Below are positions 39,073 to 47,890 of a stretch of DNA of 64,000 nt, one piece after another. Position 1 is the stretch's first letter; each line of letters opens with the position of its first letter. A program made the position numbers and the translations under genes. This DNA comes from a virus, in IMG/VR virus record IMGVR_UViG_3300034063_001922, positions 12,045-76,044 of that record. The stretch is one strand, 5' to 3'. The notes below the pieces were generated by a model. The model worked only from the letters and a program-made list of their open reading frames with translations, was not told the origin of the DNA and made no database searches.

Positions 39073-39492
39073 ATGGCCAACTGGCTGCCGCGCACCCAGG
39101 TCCCCGGTCAGCGGGTGAGCGTGAGTGCCACCACCACGCCCCTGCTGCCGGGGGCCAGTGCCCTGCTCGACCTGCCTGGGCTGGGACGGCTGGGCCACTT
39201 TCTGGCCGTCAGCACCGACGCGCCGGCCTGGGTGAGCTTCTACAGCTCCGCTGCTGGCCGCGAGGCCGATGGCAGCAGGCCCATCACCCAGGACCCGGCC
39301 GCCGGGAGCGGGGTGCTGCTCGATCTGGCTACCACCCCAGCCGCCCTCACGGTCACCGCCCCGCCAGGGGGCACTTACTTCTCAAGTGAAACCGCAGCAG
39401 CGGCGCCGCTGCTGCGGGCGGTGGTGCGCAACACCGGCACCGCCCAGGCCGCCATTGCCCTCACCGTCTCCGCCGTCGTGCTCGCCCCCTGA
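39073..39492 (+). CDS. Hypothetical fibre-associated protein
   Basis: AWVSFYSSAAGREAD.SR...DPAAGSGVLLD; co-oriented in the operon. Confidence 0.65.
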   Translation: MANWLPRTQVPGQRVSVSATTTPLLPGASALLDLPGLGRLGHFLAVSTDAPAWVSFYSSAAGREADGSRPITQDPAAGSGVLLDLATTPAALTVTAPPGGTYFSSETAAAAPLLRAVVRNTGTAQAAIALTVSAVVLAP

Positions 39493-39498
39493 GCCCTG

Positions 39499-40395
39499 AT
39501 GAGCCGCACCCTGATCGACATCAGCCGCCTGGGCACCGACACCACCTGGCCCTTGGTGGCCACCGAGGTGAACGGCTGTCTGCAGAACTGGATCGCCGCG
39601 GCCAACGCCCAGGTGAACCAGCACCAGCTGCGCCTGGTCACCGCCCCCAACCCGACTGCCACCTCCACGGACCCCTGCGGCTGGCGCATCGAGGCAACGC
39701 TGTCGCAGCTCACCCCTGGTGGTGATCCGGCGGTGCTGCTGCTGGAGGTGTTCCTGACCGGCACCACCCTGTTGATCAAACCCGGCATCGCCAACCGGGA
39801 GCCCTACCTTGGCGGCGATGACCAGGTGAGCTGGGTGTACCCCTCAGCGGAGGTGGGTACCAGCAGCGGCACTTGGAGCACCCCGCCCCTGCCTTTTACG
39901 GCCCAGGTGGGCTGGTCGCTGTCGCCGGGGGCCGAATACTTCGTGTTCGCCTACAGCCAGCACCGCTTCACGAACAGGCAGGCGGTGCCGCTGCTGATCG
40001 CCCGCGATCAGGTGTCCGGCCACTGGACCCTGGCTGCTTCTCCCCCCTCCACCACCTTCGATGCACTGCGGGCGGTGAGCTGGAACGTGCGCTCCGGCCA
40101 GCCCGCAGGCTCCCGCACCCTGCTGCGCGATGGCATCACGGCGCCGGTGATGATCCGCCAGCCGGCCGAGCTGGTGCTCGCCACCACCGACTGGAGCTAC
40201 TACGAGGGCGCCAACGTCCCGGCCCAGTTCTGGGAACCGCTGCTGCTGCCGCCGGATTTCGCGGCGCTGAACCTCAGCAGTGCGGCAATTAGCTACTTCA
40301 AGCCGCCCGATGGCAGCGAGTGGCTGGCGATCGGCGGTCATGGCCTGCTGCTCCGCACCAAAGACCCCACCCCAACAGCGGCGCCGACGCCATGA
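39499..40395 (+). CDS. Hypothetical virion protein
   Basis: Coupled ORF in the structural operon. Confidence 0.6.
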   Translation: MSRTLIDISRLGTDTTWPLVATEVNGCLQNWIAAANAQVNQHQLRLVTAPNPTATSTDPCGWRIEATLSQLTPGGDPAVLLLEVFLTGTTLLIKPGIANREPYLGGDDQVSWVYPSAEVGTSSGTWSTPPLPFTAQVGWSLSPGAEYFVFAYSQHRFTNRQAVPLLIARDQVSGHWTLAASPPSTTFDALRAVSWNVRSGQPAGSRTLLRDGITAPVMIRQPAELVLATTDWSYYEGANVPAQFWEPLLLPPDFAALNLSSAAISYFKPPDGSEWLAIGGHGLLLRTKDPTPTAAPTP

Positions 40396-41624
40396 CCTAT
40401 CAGGTGTTCTGCCAGTCCTTTGCTCCCGGCAGCTGGAAGTGGACCAGCAAAGACCCGGCAGGGGTCGGCATGCAGATCGACGGGGCCTTTCGCGCCTTCG
40501 CTGCCCTCATCAACGCGCTGCCCGGCAACGCCAGCACGCCCCTCTCGGTTGTGCGCTCTCACGCCGATGCCACCGCCAACCGCTGGGGCTACACCTGGCA
40601 GCTGGGCCATCCCGTGGAACCCGCCCACCTCTGGTTTTTGACGGAGAGCACCACAGCCCAGGGCGACACCCAATCCAGCAGCAGCGCGGTCTTCGGAAGC
40701 GCGCCGGCCAGCACCTTCACGAGCAACACCAGCAACGGGGGCTACGGCTCCTACAGCAACTCCACCGGCTACGGCACCGGCCTGGCCTACATCGACAGCA
40801 CGATCACAGGCGCCACATCGATCGGCGCGATCCTGCTCATCGCCCAGGACACCGCCCCCGGACAGGAGTTCTTCTGCTGGGCCCTCAAGACCCACGGCGG
40901 CAACGACGACCTTCACCGCGACAGCTGCCATGCCCTCTACAAGAGCCCTGGCACCACGGGCTGGAACTCGATTGCCGTCTTCCCCCGCACCACCAAGCAG
41001 TTCTACGGGCAGGTCGTGCTGCACGGCTATTCGGGCAACCGCTTTGGTGGCCTCCCCTCCGCCATCGGCTCCAGCATCCATGCCAACGGCCACCAGCTGC
41101 GCAGCGGCATCGCCCTGGGCCACTACGACTTCGTTCTCCAGGCCCAGGGCCAGTTCGATTCCCCGCCGCCACTGATCCAGCTGCCGGCTCCGCTGTTCAT
41201 CGGATCCACCAGCATCCGTGGCGCCAGCACCCATTTCGGCAAGGTGACCCGCCCCGATGGGGTGATGCTGCAGCTGGGCCAGCGCTCGACCGAACGGGAC
41301 GTGTGGCTGTGGGTGCCCATTGGCACCAGCCACAACCAGCCCAGCCCCTGGAGTTCGCCCCTGGCCCTGAGCCACTGGCGGGAGTGCAATGAGCTGCACT
41401 TCGTCAGCAGCCTGCCCCCGGGGGGGATGCAGCTGGTCTCCGGTTCGGCGGACTTCATCCGCCACTTCCCGCCGATGAGTGCGATGGGCGCCCGCCAGCA
41501 TCCGCAACAGGGCCCCCTGCTTACCGGCTCCGGTGGCGGAGGCAGCGGTGGTGGTGGCGGTGGGGAAACGGGTGGCGGAGTGACGCGACCCGCAACTGGG
41601 CTGCTCTGGCCGCGGGGGACCTGA
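40392..41624 (+). CDS. Hypothetical virion protein
   Basis: ATGA overlap with the upstream gene; Gly-rich tail. Confidence 0.6.
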   Translation: MTYQVFCQSFAPGSWKWTSKDPAGVGMQIDGAFRAFAALINALPGNASTPLSVVRSHADATANRWGYTWQLGHPVEPAHLWFLTESTTAQGDTQSSSSAVFGSAPASTFTSNTSNGGYGSYSNSTGYGTGLAYIDSTITGATSIGAILLIAQDTAPGQEFFCWALKTHGGNDDLHRDSCHALYKSPGTTGWNSIAVFPRTTKQFYGQVVLHGYSGNRFGGLPSAIGSSIHANGHQLRSGIALGHYDFVLQAQGQFDSPPPLIQLPAPLFIGSTSIRGASTHFGKVTRPDGVMLQLGQRSTERDVWLWVPIGTSHNQPSPWSSPLALSHWRECNELHFVSSLPPGGMQLVSGSADFIRHFPPMSAMGARQHPQQGPLLTGSGGGGSGGGGGGETGGGVTRPATGLLWPRGT

Positions 41625-41742
41625 TCAGCAGAAGGGGAAGGACCGGAGCAGAAGGACTCAGCTGCGTCGGATGTCTCGGACCGGACTCTTGAGCCGCGTC
41701 CGCGTGCTTGGGATCCTGAACTCAACCGCTATCGCGATCGCC

Positions 41743-41937
41743 ATGACCCTGTCCACGGCCGACATCTCCATCCAGCTGTTGATGGACACCATGAATGCAC
41801 TGCAGGAGATCGAGAGTCGGGTGACCGCACGCACATTCGCGGCGGTGATGGATCCCACCAAAGGGCCAGAGGTTCGCGATGTGCTGGCTCAGCTGTTGGC
41901 CGTTCTGGATGAAACAAGCAGCGATGGGGTGATCTGA
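41743..41937 (+). CDS. Small hypothetical protein
   Basis: 64-aa helical ORF. Confidence 0.45.
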   Translation: MTLSTADISIQLLMDTMNALQEIESRVTARTFAAVMDPTKGPEVRDVLAQLLAVLDETSSDGVI

Positions 41938-42055
41938 GCGCCAGTGAGGCGGAGGAATGAAGCGTGCTGACCAGGCGCCTGCCCGGCCCACCCCAGTCCA
42001 TCCCCTTGGGCGGGAGGAAAAGCCGGGATCTGGGCTCCCGGCAGGCCCGTGCGGA

Positions 42056-42394
42056 TCAGGCCATCTGCAGCCGCAACTTAGCCAGCGCCTCGCGCTCGGC
42101 CTCCAGCTGGCAGCGGTGCAGCAGCTCCTGCTGGGCCAGCAGCCGCTCATCCAGCTCATCAACTCGCTTGATGCACTGCTGGATCGCCGGGATCACCTCC
42201 TCCTCGAGCAGCGTGATCTCCTCTTCTCCATACGGCTGCTCGATCCAGGTGCGGCGCAGCGGCAGCCCCCTGCTGCGCCGCAGGATCTCCTCCATCGAGC
42301 GCAGCGTGGACTCGAGCAGCAGAAACGGATCCTCCTCGGGCCGGCAGAACGGGGAGCGGGCAACAGCCGAGGCGCTGGCAGTGAGCATGGCCAT
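42056..42394 (-). CDS. Hypothetical coiled-coil protein
   Basis: EEDPFLLLESTLRS..TWIEQPYGEEEITLLEEEVIPAI; protein-like composition. Confidence 0.65.
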   Translation of the reverse strand: MAMLTASASAVARSPFCRPEEDPFLLLESTLRSMEEILRRSRGLPLRRTWIEQPYGEEEITLLEEEVIPAIQQCIKRVDELDERLLAQQELLHRCQLEAEREALAKLRLQMA

Positions 42395-42507
42395 GACAAT
42401 CGGCGCCGAGAGCGGCGCAGCGACGGGACCGATCCCAGCCGGGGCCCGACGCCAGGAGGGCCCCAGACTGGAGAGGCCCGGAGCAAGCCCCATCGGGCCC
42501 TGCCCCC

Positions 42508-43233
42508 TCACCGGCAGTGGGCCGCCGCTGCTGCGGCGCGGGCGCCATGGGCCGGAAAGGTGATCACGAACCCGCGATCGGCCTGGGCGCAGAGGGGAAG
42601 ACCAAAGCGGCCGCCGCAGCTGATGCACTGCACCTTGCGGCCGGCTCTCCCCTGGCGGCTGGCGGGGCAGGCCACGAACCGCACGCCCTCGTGGCGGAAT
42701 ACCGCCGGCGCATCGGAGGGCACCACGCAGACCGCCGGGATGCCCTGACGCACCAACGCCGCCGCCCTGGAGCGGGACTCAGTGGAGGCATTGACCACCA
42801 GCCCCTTGGCCGCTGCCAGCCGCAGGGTGGCTTGATTGGCAGGGCCCATCGGGAAGTGGGTGAACGACCAGGCGGCCCGCAGATGCCTGGTGGCCTTGGC
42901 CAGCTGGAGCAGCAGGGCCTGATCGATGCGCAGCGGATCGGCCGGATCAGGCCACTGATCACCGGCGACGCAATGGCGGAAAAGGATGCCCGCCGGCAGC
43001 GCCATCACCTGGCGAAGGAAGGCCGCTGCCGGAAAGCCGCTCTCGCCGCGGCTGAGCCGATCCCAGTGCAGCCGGGTGTGGAAGCCAGCCTCGGCGTAGC
43101 AGCCCTGATCGCCAGCCAGGGGGCAGCTGGAGGGACAGGTTTGCCGGCTGGTGCTGGAGACAGCGATCGGGCCGGTTTTGCCGTTGTCCGACGGGAAGGA
43201 CAGGGATGCACGGTGGGACTCGGCAGCAGCCAC
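42508..43233 (-). CDS. Cys-rich phage protein (GP88-like, possibly Fe-S binding)
   Basis: NGKTGPI..TCPSSCP..GCYA, RHCVAGD, VNASTES, CPA..CISC..LC..FPAHG; start uncertain. Confidence 0.65.
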   Translation of the reverse strand: MAAAESHRASLSFPSDNGKTGPIAVSSTSRQTCPSSCPLAGDQGCYAEAGFHTRLHWDRLSRGESGFPAAAFLRQVMALPAGILFRHCVAGDQWPDPADPLRIDQALLLQLAKATRHLRAAWSFTHFPMGPANQATLRLAAAKGLVVNASTESRSRAAALVRQGIPAVCVVPSDAPAVFRHEGVRFVACPASRQGRAGRKVQCISCGGRFGLPLCAQADRGFVITFPAHGARAAAAAAHCR

Positions 43234-43239
43234 AGGAGG

Positions 43240-43385
43240 GGTGACGCAGGACCCGCCCTGCAACCGCGCCGACAGGCAAGGGCCAGCCACCAGCGAATGG
43301 CGGAGCGCAGCGGAGCCCAACGTCCAGCCCGGCTGGCTGGTGAAACCCTTGCCGAGGCGCGGAGCATGGAAGGGCCTGCGGCACC
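43240..43385. promoter_or_regulatory. Long imperfect hairpin C
   Basis: CGCAGGACCC/GGGCCTGCG, CCGCGCC/GGCGCGG, GGCAAGGG/CCCTTGCC; loop GCGGAGCGCAGCGGAGC. Confidence 0.7.
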
Positions 43386-43421
43386 GACCCCACGACGCAG
43401 ACGATCGCTCTCAGGCACCCC

Positions 43422-44771
43422 TCAGCGAATGCTGTCCACCACCACTGCCCAGCCCTTTCCGGGGGCATAGCGGTAGGCGCCGCCGCCGATTGGCTCCACC
43501 ATCCAGCGCTTGCCGAAGTTGAGGCGGGAGAAGCGCAACCCCATGCCGTTGGGCTTGAGGGTGGTGCCGTGGATCAGGTCGGGCTCTCCCCAGGGATCGT
43601 TCACCACCACCTGGGTGGGGGTGTGGCCGACAACGATCAGCCAGTGTCCAGACCCGGTGGGCCGTTCGACCGGCCCGCGGTGGATGTAGCCGCAGGGAAC
43701 GGGGATGCCGCGGGCGATCTGCTGCTCGAGGAGCTGGAAGTCGCCGTCCTGCACCAGCCGGGCGATGACACCGAAATGAGCGAGGGCCTGGATCTGAGCG
43801 TTGGCGTTGGTGGTGTCACCAAAGCGCTGTACCACCGCCAGGTACTGGTCGTCGCCGTTGGGCCCCTTGAGCGTGCCGGGCTTGATGGCCTCCAGAAGCA
43901 TGGCGCAGCTGGAGGAGAAGCAGACGCGATCGCGTTGGGCAAGCTGGGCCGAATCGCGCTGCTGAAACCTGGGCACACCCACCAGCGGGTTGGGGTGACG
44001 GAACACGCCTCCCCCCTCCGATGGATTGTTGCTCACCCGTTCGGGTGATTCTTTGCTCCCCCGATCGGGTGATGCGCTCCAGAGTGCTGCTTCCGCCTTG
44101 CGCCGACGCCGCAGCCCGGCCTCGCTAGGGCCGCCGGGGTTCACGTAGAGCATCAAGGCGGCCTGCACCGTCTCCAGCGCTCCCGAGCGCAGGGCCTGGC
44201 TCAGGGTGTCAAAACCCTTGGCGCCAAACCAGCGGGGCCCGCAGTTGTAGGTGAACGACAGCAAGGCCGCCTGCTGGTTCACCGTGAGGGCCTTGTAGAC
44301 CGGGATGCAGTCCCGTAGGCGCTGCCAGTCGTCCAGAAGCCGCTGGCGCAGCAGGCCATCAGCCTGCTCCTGATTAATCCGATCGCCCTCGCGGATGGGC
44401 CGCCCATCGCAATCACTGGTGCTGCCCCAGCCGATCGTCCAGGGCTCGCTGCCGCTCTCGGGATCGGGGTAGGCGCTGAGCCGGCAGCCCTCGAAATCCT
44501 TCACCAGGGGGAGGGCCACGGCAACGGCCGGCGGGAGGTCAGTGACCGTGGGCGGTTTTTCCGTCCACGCCTTGGGTGCTTGCAGCTCTGGTGCCTTGGT
44601 TTCGACCGCGGCCTTCCAGACATCCCGCAGTTCATTGCCCTCGGCCAGGGCTGCGGGATCGAGGTCTACCAGCCGATCGAGCACGGCCTGCAGCCAGGCG
44701 CGGTGATGGGTCTTGGACGGGTCGAAATGGGTGACGTAGTGGCTGGTGGGAACCGGCCGGGTGGTGCTCAT
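43422..44771 (-). CDS. Endolysin: GH24 lysozyme + C39-like peptidase
   Basis: FEGCRLSAYPD..WTIGWGST, ALLSFTYNCG, GLRRRRKAE; then QRDS..CFSSSCAM, GHWLIVVG, NDPWG. Confidence 0.9.
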   Translation of the reverse strand: MSTTRPVPTSHYVTHFDPSKTHHRAWLQAVLDRLVDLDPAALAEGNELRDVWKAAVETKAPELQAPKAWTEKPPTVTDLPPAVAVALPLVKDFEGCRLSAYPDPESGSEPWTIGWGSTSDCDGRPIREGDRINQEQADGLLRQRLLDDWQRLRDCIPVYKALTVNQQAALLSFTYNCGPRWFGAKGFDTLSQALRSGALETVQAALMLYVNPGGPSEAGLRRRRKAEAALWSASPDRGSKESPERVSNNPSEGGGVFRHPNPLVGVPRFQQRDSAQLAQRDRVCFSSSCAMLLEAIKPGTLKGPNGDDQYLAVVQRFGDTTNANAQIQALAHFGVIARLVQDGDFQLLEQQIARGIPVPCGYIHRGPVERPTGSGHWLIVVGHTPTQVVVNDPWGEPDLIHGTTLKPNGMGLRFSRLNFGKRWMVEPIGGGAYRYAPGKGWAVVVDSIR

Positions 44772-44821
44772 GGCTGCGGCGCAGCCGGCACGGGGACGGG
44801 AGGCGAGCCGGCGCTGCTCAG

Positions 44822-44830
44822 CTCTTGCCA
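44822..44830 (-). promoter_or_regulatory. TGGCAAGAG late-promoter-like motif (endolysin)
   Basis: 59 nt before ATG 44771. Confidence 0.55.
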
Positions 44831-44858
44831 GCGCCACAAAGCCCAGGCAGACACCAAC

Positions 44859-45191
44859 TCAGGCGGCCAGATCCTCCTCGTCGACGGTGCTGGTGCTGCA
44901 GAACTGGCCCAGCCGGTTGCGCGGTGGCAAGACCCGCAGGGGAGCGCCGCTATCCGGGCCTGGCCCGGAAGGCCCCCGAGGCCCTGGTCGGCCGGAGTCC
45001 ATGAAGTAAGTGGCCGCTGACTGACCGGCCAGGGCGATGGCGGGCAGGGCCAGCGACCAGCGGCTTTCGCATAGGGCGATGTCAGTGGCGCGGGCCTCAC
45101 AGACGCCCACAAAGGCCATCAGCGAAAAGATCTCAGCGCCTACCAGGGCCAGGATCGGTGCGGTGTTGCTGCTCAGTTGTGGTGGGGCCAT
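44859..45191 (-). CDS. Putative holin-like membrane protein
   Basis: Two hydrophobic segments, directly upstream of the lysin; near-match motif TGGCAATGG-N3-GTGG 56 nt upstream. Confidence 0.5.
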   Translation of the reverse strand: MAPPQLSSNTAPILALVGAEIFSLMAFVGVCEARATDIALCESRWSLALPAIALAGQSAATYFMDSGRPGPRGPSGPGPDSGAPLRVLPPRNRLGQFCSTSTVDEEDLAA

Positions 45192-45276
45192 TGGGTTCGG
45201 CGGGGCGGCCGCAGGCGACACGGCCAGCTCTCCACAGGCCATTGCCAAGCCGGCCCACCGCCGGGCTTGAGGGAGC

Positions 45277-45560
45277 TCAGCCCGCTCCCACCAGCTGCTG
45301 GCGCAGTGCGGACAGGGCCTTCTTCTGGGCCCGCTGCACGGCCATCGGGCTGATCTGCAGCTGCGGCGCGGCGGCCCGTAGGGACAGCCCCTCGAGGATG
45401 GTGAGCCGCAGCGCCGTGGCCTGCACGGCGGGTAGTCGCTCGAACAGCTGCTCCTTGGCACACTCGATTGAGGGAGGACACCAGCAAAGGTTCGAATGCG
45501 GAAGTCGCCAGCTGATCCAGCAGGGAGTTGTCACCAGTTGCGGAAGCGTCGTAGTGACAA
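45277..45560 (-). pseudogene. Remnant of a sigma factor 3' end (linker + region 4)
   Basis: ERLPAVQATALRLTILEGLSLRAAAPQLQISPMAVQRAQKKAL region-4 HTH; DASATGDNSLLDQLA linker lies in another frame; no region 2. Confidence 0.65.
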
Positions 45561-45732
45561 GTTCGACACCGCAGGAACCCGACTCGTGCACACTGTGCAA
45601 GTTGCACACGGCGGAGGCAATTGCAGCAGCCGATAAATAATTCCACCAAGACTGCAAAGCAAGATAGTCCATGTTGCAATGGTTAAGTTGACTTGCAAGC
45701 CGAAAAGGGGGGCAGCCTATGCCAGTTCCCAC

Positions 45733-46818
45733 TCAACCCTGCTTGATGAGCACAACTGGATGAGCGCGAGGATAGGGAAAACCTGGGAAGCACGAAAAAC
45801 TGACACGGTCACCCTCGGACGGCATTGGACCATACACACTTTGTCGGTGGAAAAAGACAACGCCTCCACCGTCCTGACTGATAAAGCCAGTGTTCCCAGG
45901 GGGTCTAATGGCTGAGCAGGTCCCTTCAAGTCTTTCGTCAACCGAATAACAGAGAGCTTCACAACGAACCGCTAATTGCTTCGCTGACGGCCTGGCAGCT
46001 GGGTCTTTACTAAGGCAGGCGACGAGAAGCTGGTGGACTTCATCTGCTAATGTCTTAAACTGAGTTTTGCCAGTAAACAAATCCGAAGGTACCTGTAGCT
46101 CAGCTTGAAGGATTCTTGGCACGGCTGTCAATCCAACTCCAAACGGAGGTTCGCCCACCAAGAGCTCATAGGTCATTGCGCCAACAGCCCATACATCGGA
46201 AGGCTTGTCGGCATTGCGTGGATCGGTAATCATTTCGGGAGCCATATAAGGAAGCGCTCCTACAACAGTCTTTGATGCAGAGATTGACGCCTCACCACCC
46301 TCCACAGCTTCCGCGATTTCATCACCAGCCATTTTGGCGATGCCAAAATCTGTAATTTTAATTTCTCTTATACCTGCCCCACCCGTGAACATTACATTGC
46401 TTGGCTTCAAATCACGGTGAATAACTCCAGCTCTATGCGATGCATCGAGCCCTTTGGCTGTGTGGTGCATGGCTTTCGCTACAAGTGCTGGGTCAACAGC
46501 CGTCAGGCGATCCAGCAAGCCTTGTTTTATATCTGTGCCAGCGATAAACTCCTCCACAAGATACTGAGAATCATTGACCTCAATGTAATCAAGTGTTTTG
46601 GCTACATTGGGGTGGTTGACTTTTGCGCTAACAACAGCACTTCTCTGAAAACGCTTCTGAGCAGACCTGTTTTTCGGAACTTTAAGTGCTACCTCCTTCT
46701 GCAAATGCAAATCGAGTGCAAGATAGACCTCCTGCATGCCTCCTTCGCCTGCAAATGACTGAACCATATAGCGCGAGTTGATCTCGTCACCCTGAGCATG
46801 TATTTGGTGCCCACTCAT
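45733..46818 (-). CDS. Ser/Thr kinase with C-terminal cold-shock (OB) domain
   Basis: GEGGMQEVY, VALK, HRDLKPSN, DFG, APE; GFISQDGGGVVFFH..GDRVSF. Confidence 0.92.
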   Translation of the reverse strand: MSGHQIHAQGDEINSRYMVQSFAGEGGMQEVYLALDLHLQKEVALKVPKNRSAQKRFQRSAVVSAKVNHPNVAKTLDYIEVNDSQYLVEEFIAGTDIKQGLLDRLTAVDPALVAKAMHHTAKGLDASHRAGVIHRDLKPSNVMFTGGAGIREIKITDFGIAKMAGDEIAEAVEGGEASISASKTVVGALPYMAPEMITDPRNADKPSDVWAVGAMTYELLVGEPPFGVGLTAVPRILQAELQVPSDLFTGKTQFKTLADEVHQLLVACLSKDPAARPSAKQLAVRCEALCYSVDERLEGTCSAIRPPGNTGFISQDGGGVVFFHRQSVYGPMPSEGDRVSFSCFPGFPYPRAHPVVLIKQG

Positions 46819-47882
46819 AAGACCACCTCTGGGTTTGAGATGTCGAATGTTGCAAAGACACGTCTCTGCCCTACATCTCCAAGGGTAATGACACAGCTTT
46901 TCGGCAAGACATCACCCACCCGAGTTCGGCAGTTGTTGATCGACACTACACCCTCAAAGGCTGCAACTCGAAAAGCCAAACCGGTGTATCTGATTGTAAT
47001 GGAAAGCGTACTATCTATCTGCAAAAGGGCCCCAGGCTTCTCAGAGCTCATAACAAAGATATTGCTTCCACTAACAAGCAACCCCTTGTGCTTATTCCTA
47101 AGCAACTCCGTCTGTAGCACCTGAGAAATCTCTGAGATCCTAGGGCGATCAGTTGGGCTCAGTCGTGTCGTATGATCTAGCAGGTTTACCAAAGCATCAG
47201 GAATATCAAGAGTCAGCGAAGCGAAGCTCGGAATACTATCAAGTAGTGGAGGAAACAGCGCAAGTTCGCGGGGTATACCTTGCCCAGAAAGATGCCAGGC
47301 AAGAACCCCGAAGGCATAGACGTCGATAGCGCTTGTAAATCCCAGAGGCTGATTTTTAACCAGCTCAGGCGCTGCATAGACGAGGGTGCCTGAGAATCCA
47401 ACTGTTCTATCATTGAATCCGGCAAATCGTGCTAGTCCAAAATCAATGATTTTAACGAGTCCAGAGTCGGTGCGTTTGATGTTATCTGGCTTGATGTCTC
47501 GATGGATTATTCCTTGCTCGTGAAGGTCGGACAAGCCTGATGCTACTTGGTAGAGAATAAGGAGGTATTCATTGACAGGCAAGGGTGATCCAGCTGGAGG
47601 AAAGTCCTGGAGATCTGGCCCTGCCACATACTCTTCAACAATGCCAATCTGCTGGTTTTCCGAGTCTACGAAGTAGTCATAGATTTGGACAACATGCTTA
47701 GATCTTAGTTTCTGCAGAGCTTTAATTTCATCTACGACCCGATGTACCTGACACGGATCGCCGATAGACTTGACAACAACTGTGCGCTCGAGCAGGGTAT
47801 CCCTGCAAACATAGATATCACTCAAGCCTCCGTGCAAGACTTCGCCCGTTGGCTGGTAGCGATCAGGTATGGATAGCATCAT
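46815..47882 (-). CDS. Ser/Thr kinase with C-terminal FHA-like domain
   Basis: HRDIKPDN, DFGLA, APE; GVVSINN..LPKSCVITLG. Confidence 0.9.
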   Translation of the reverse strand: MMLSIPDRYQPTGEVLHGGLSDIYVCRDTLLERTVVVKSIGDPCQVHRVVDEIKALQKLRSKHVVQIYDYFVDSENQQIGIVEEYVAGPDLQDFPPAGSPLPVNEYLLILYQVASGLSDLHEQGIIHRDIKPDNIKRTDSGLVKIIDFGLARFAGFNDRTVGFSGTLVYAAPELVKNQPLGFTSAIDVYAFGVLAWHLSGQGIPRELALFPPLLDSIPSFASLTLDIPDALVNLLDHTTRLSPTDRPRISEISQVLQTELLRNKHKGLLVSGSNIFVMSSEKPGALLQIDSTLSITIRYTGLAFRVAAFEGVVSINNCRTRVGDVLPKSCVITLGDVGQRRVFATFDISNPEVVL

Positions 47883-47890
47883 GGTTAGAA

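Noticed and set aside
22292-45560. Programmed 23-kb inversion that would rejoin the sigma N-half (+) with the region-4 fragment (-)
   Set aside because: No inverted repeats at the two junctions, no invertase, the fragment's linker is frameshifted, and inversion would uncouple terminase from portal orientation.
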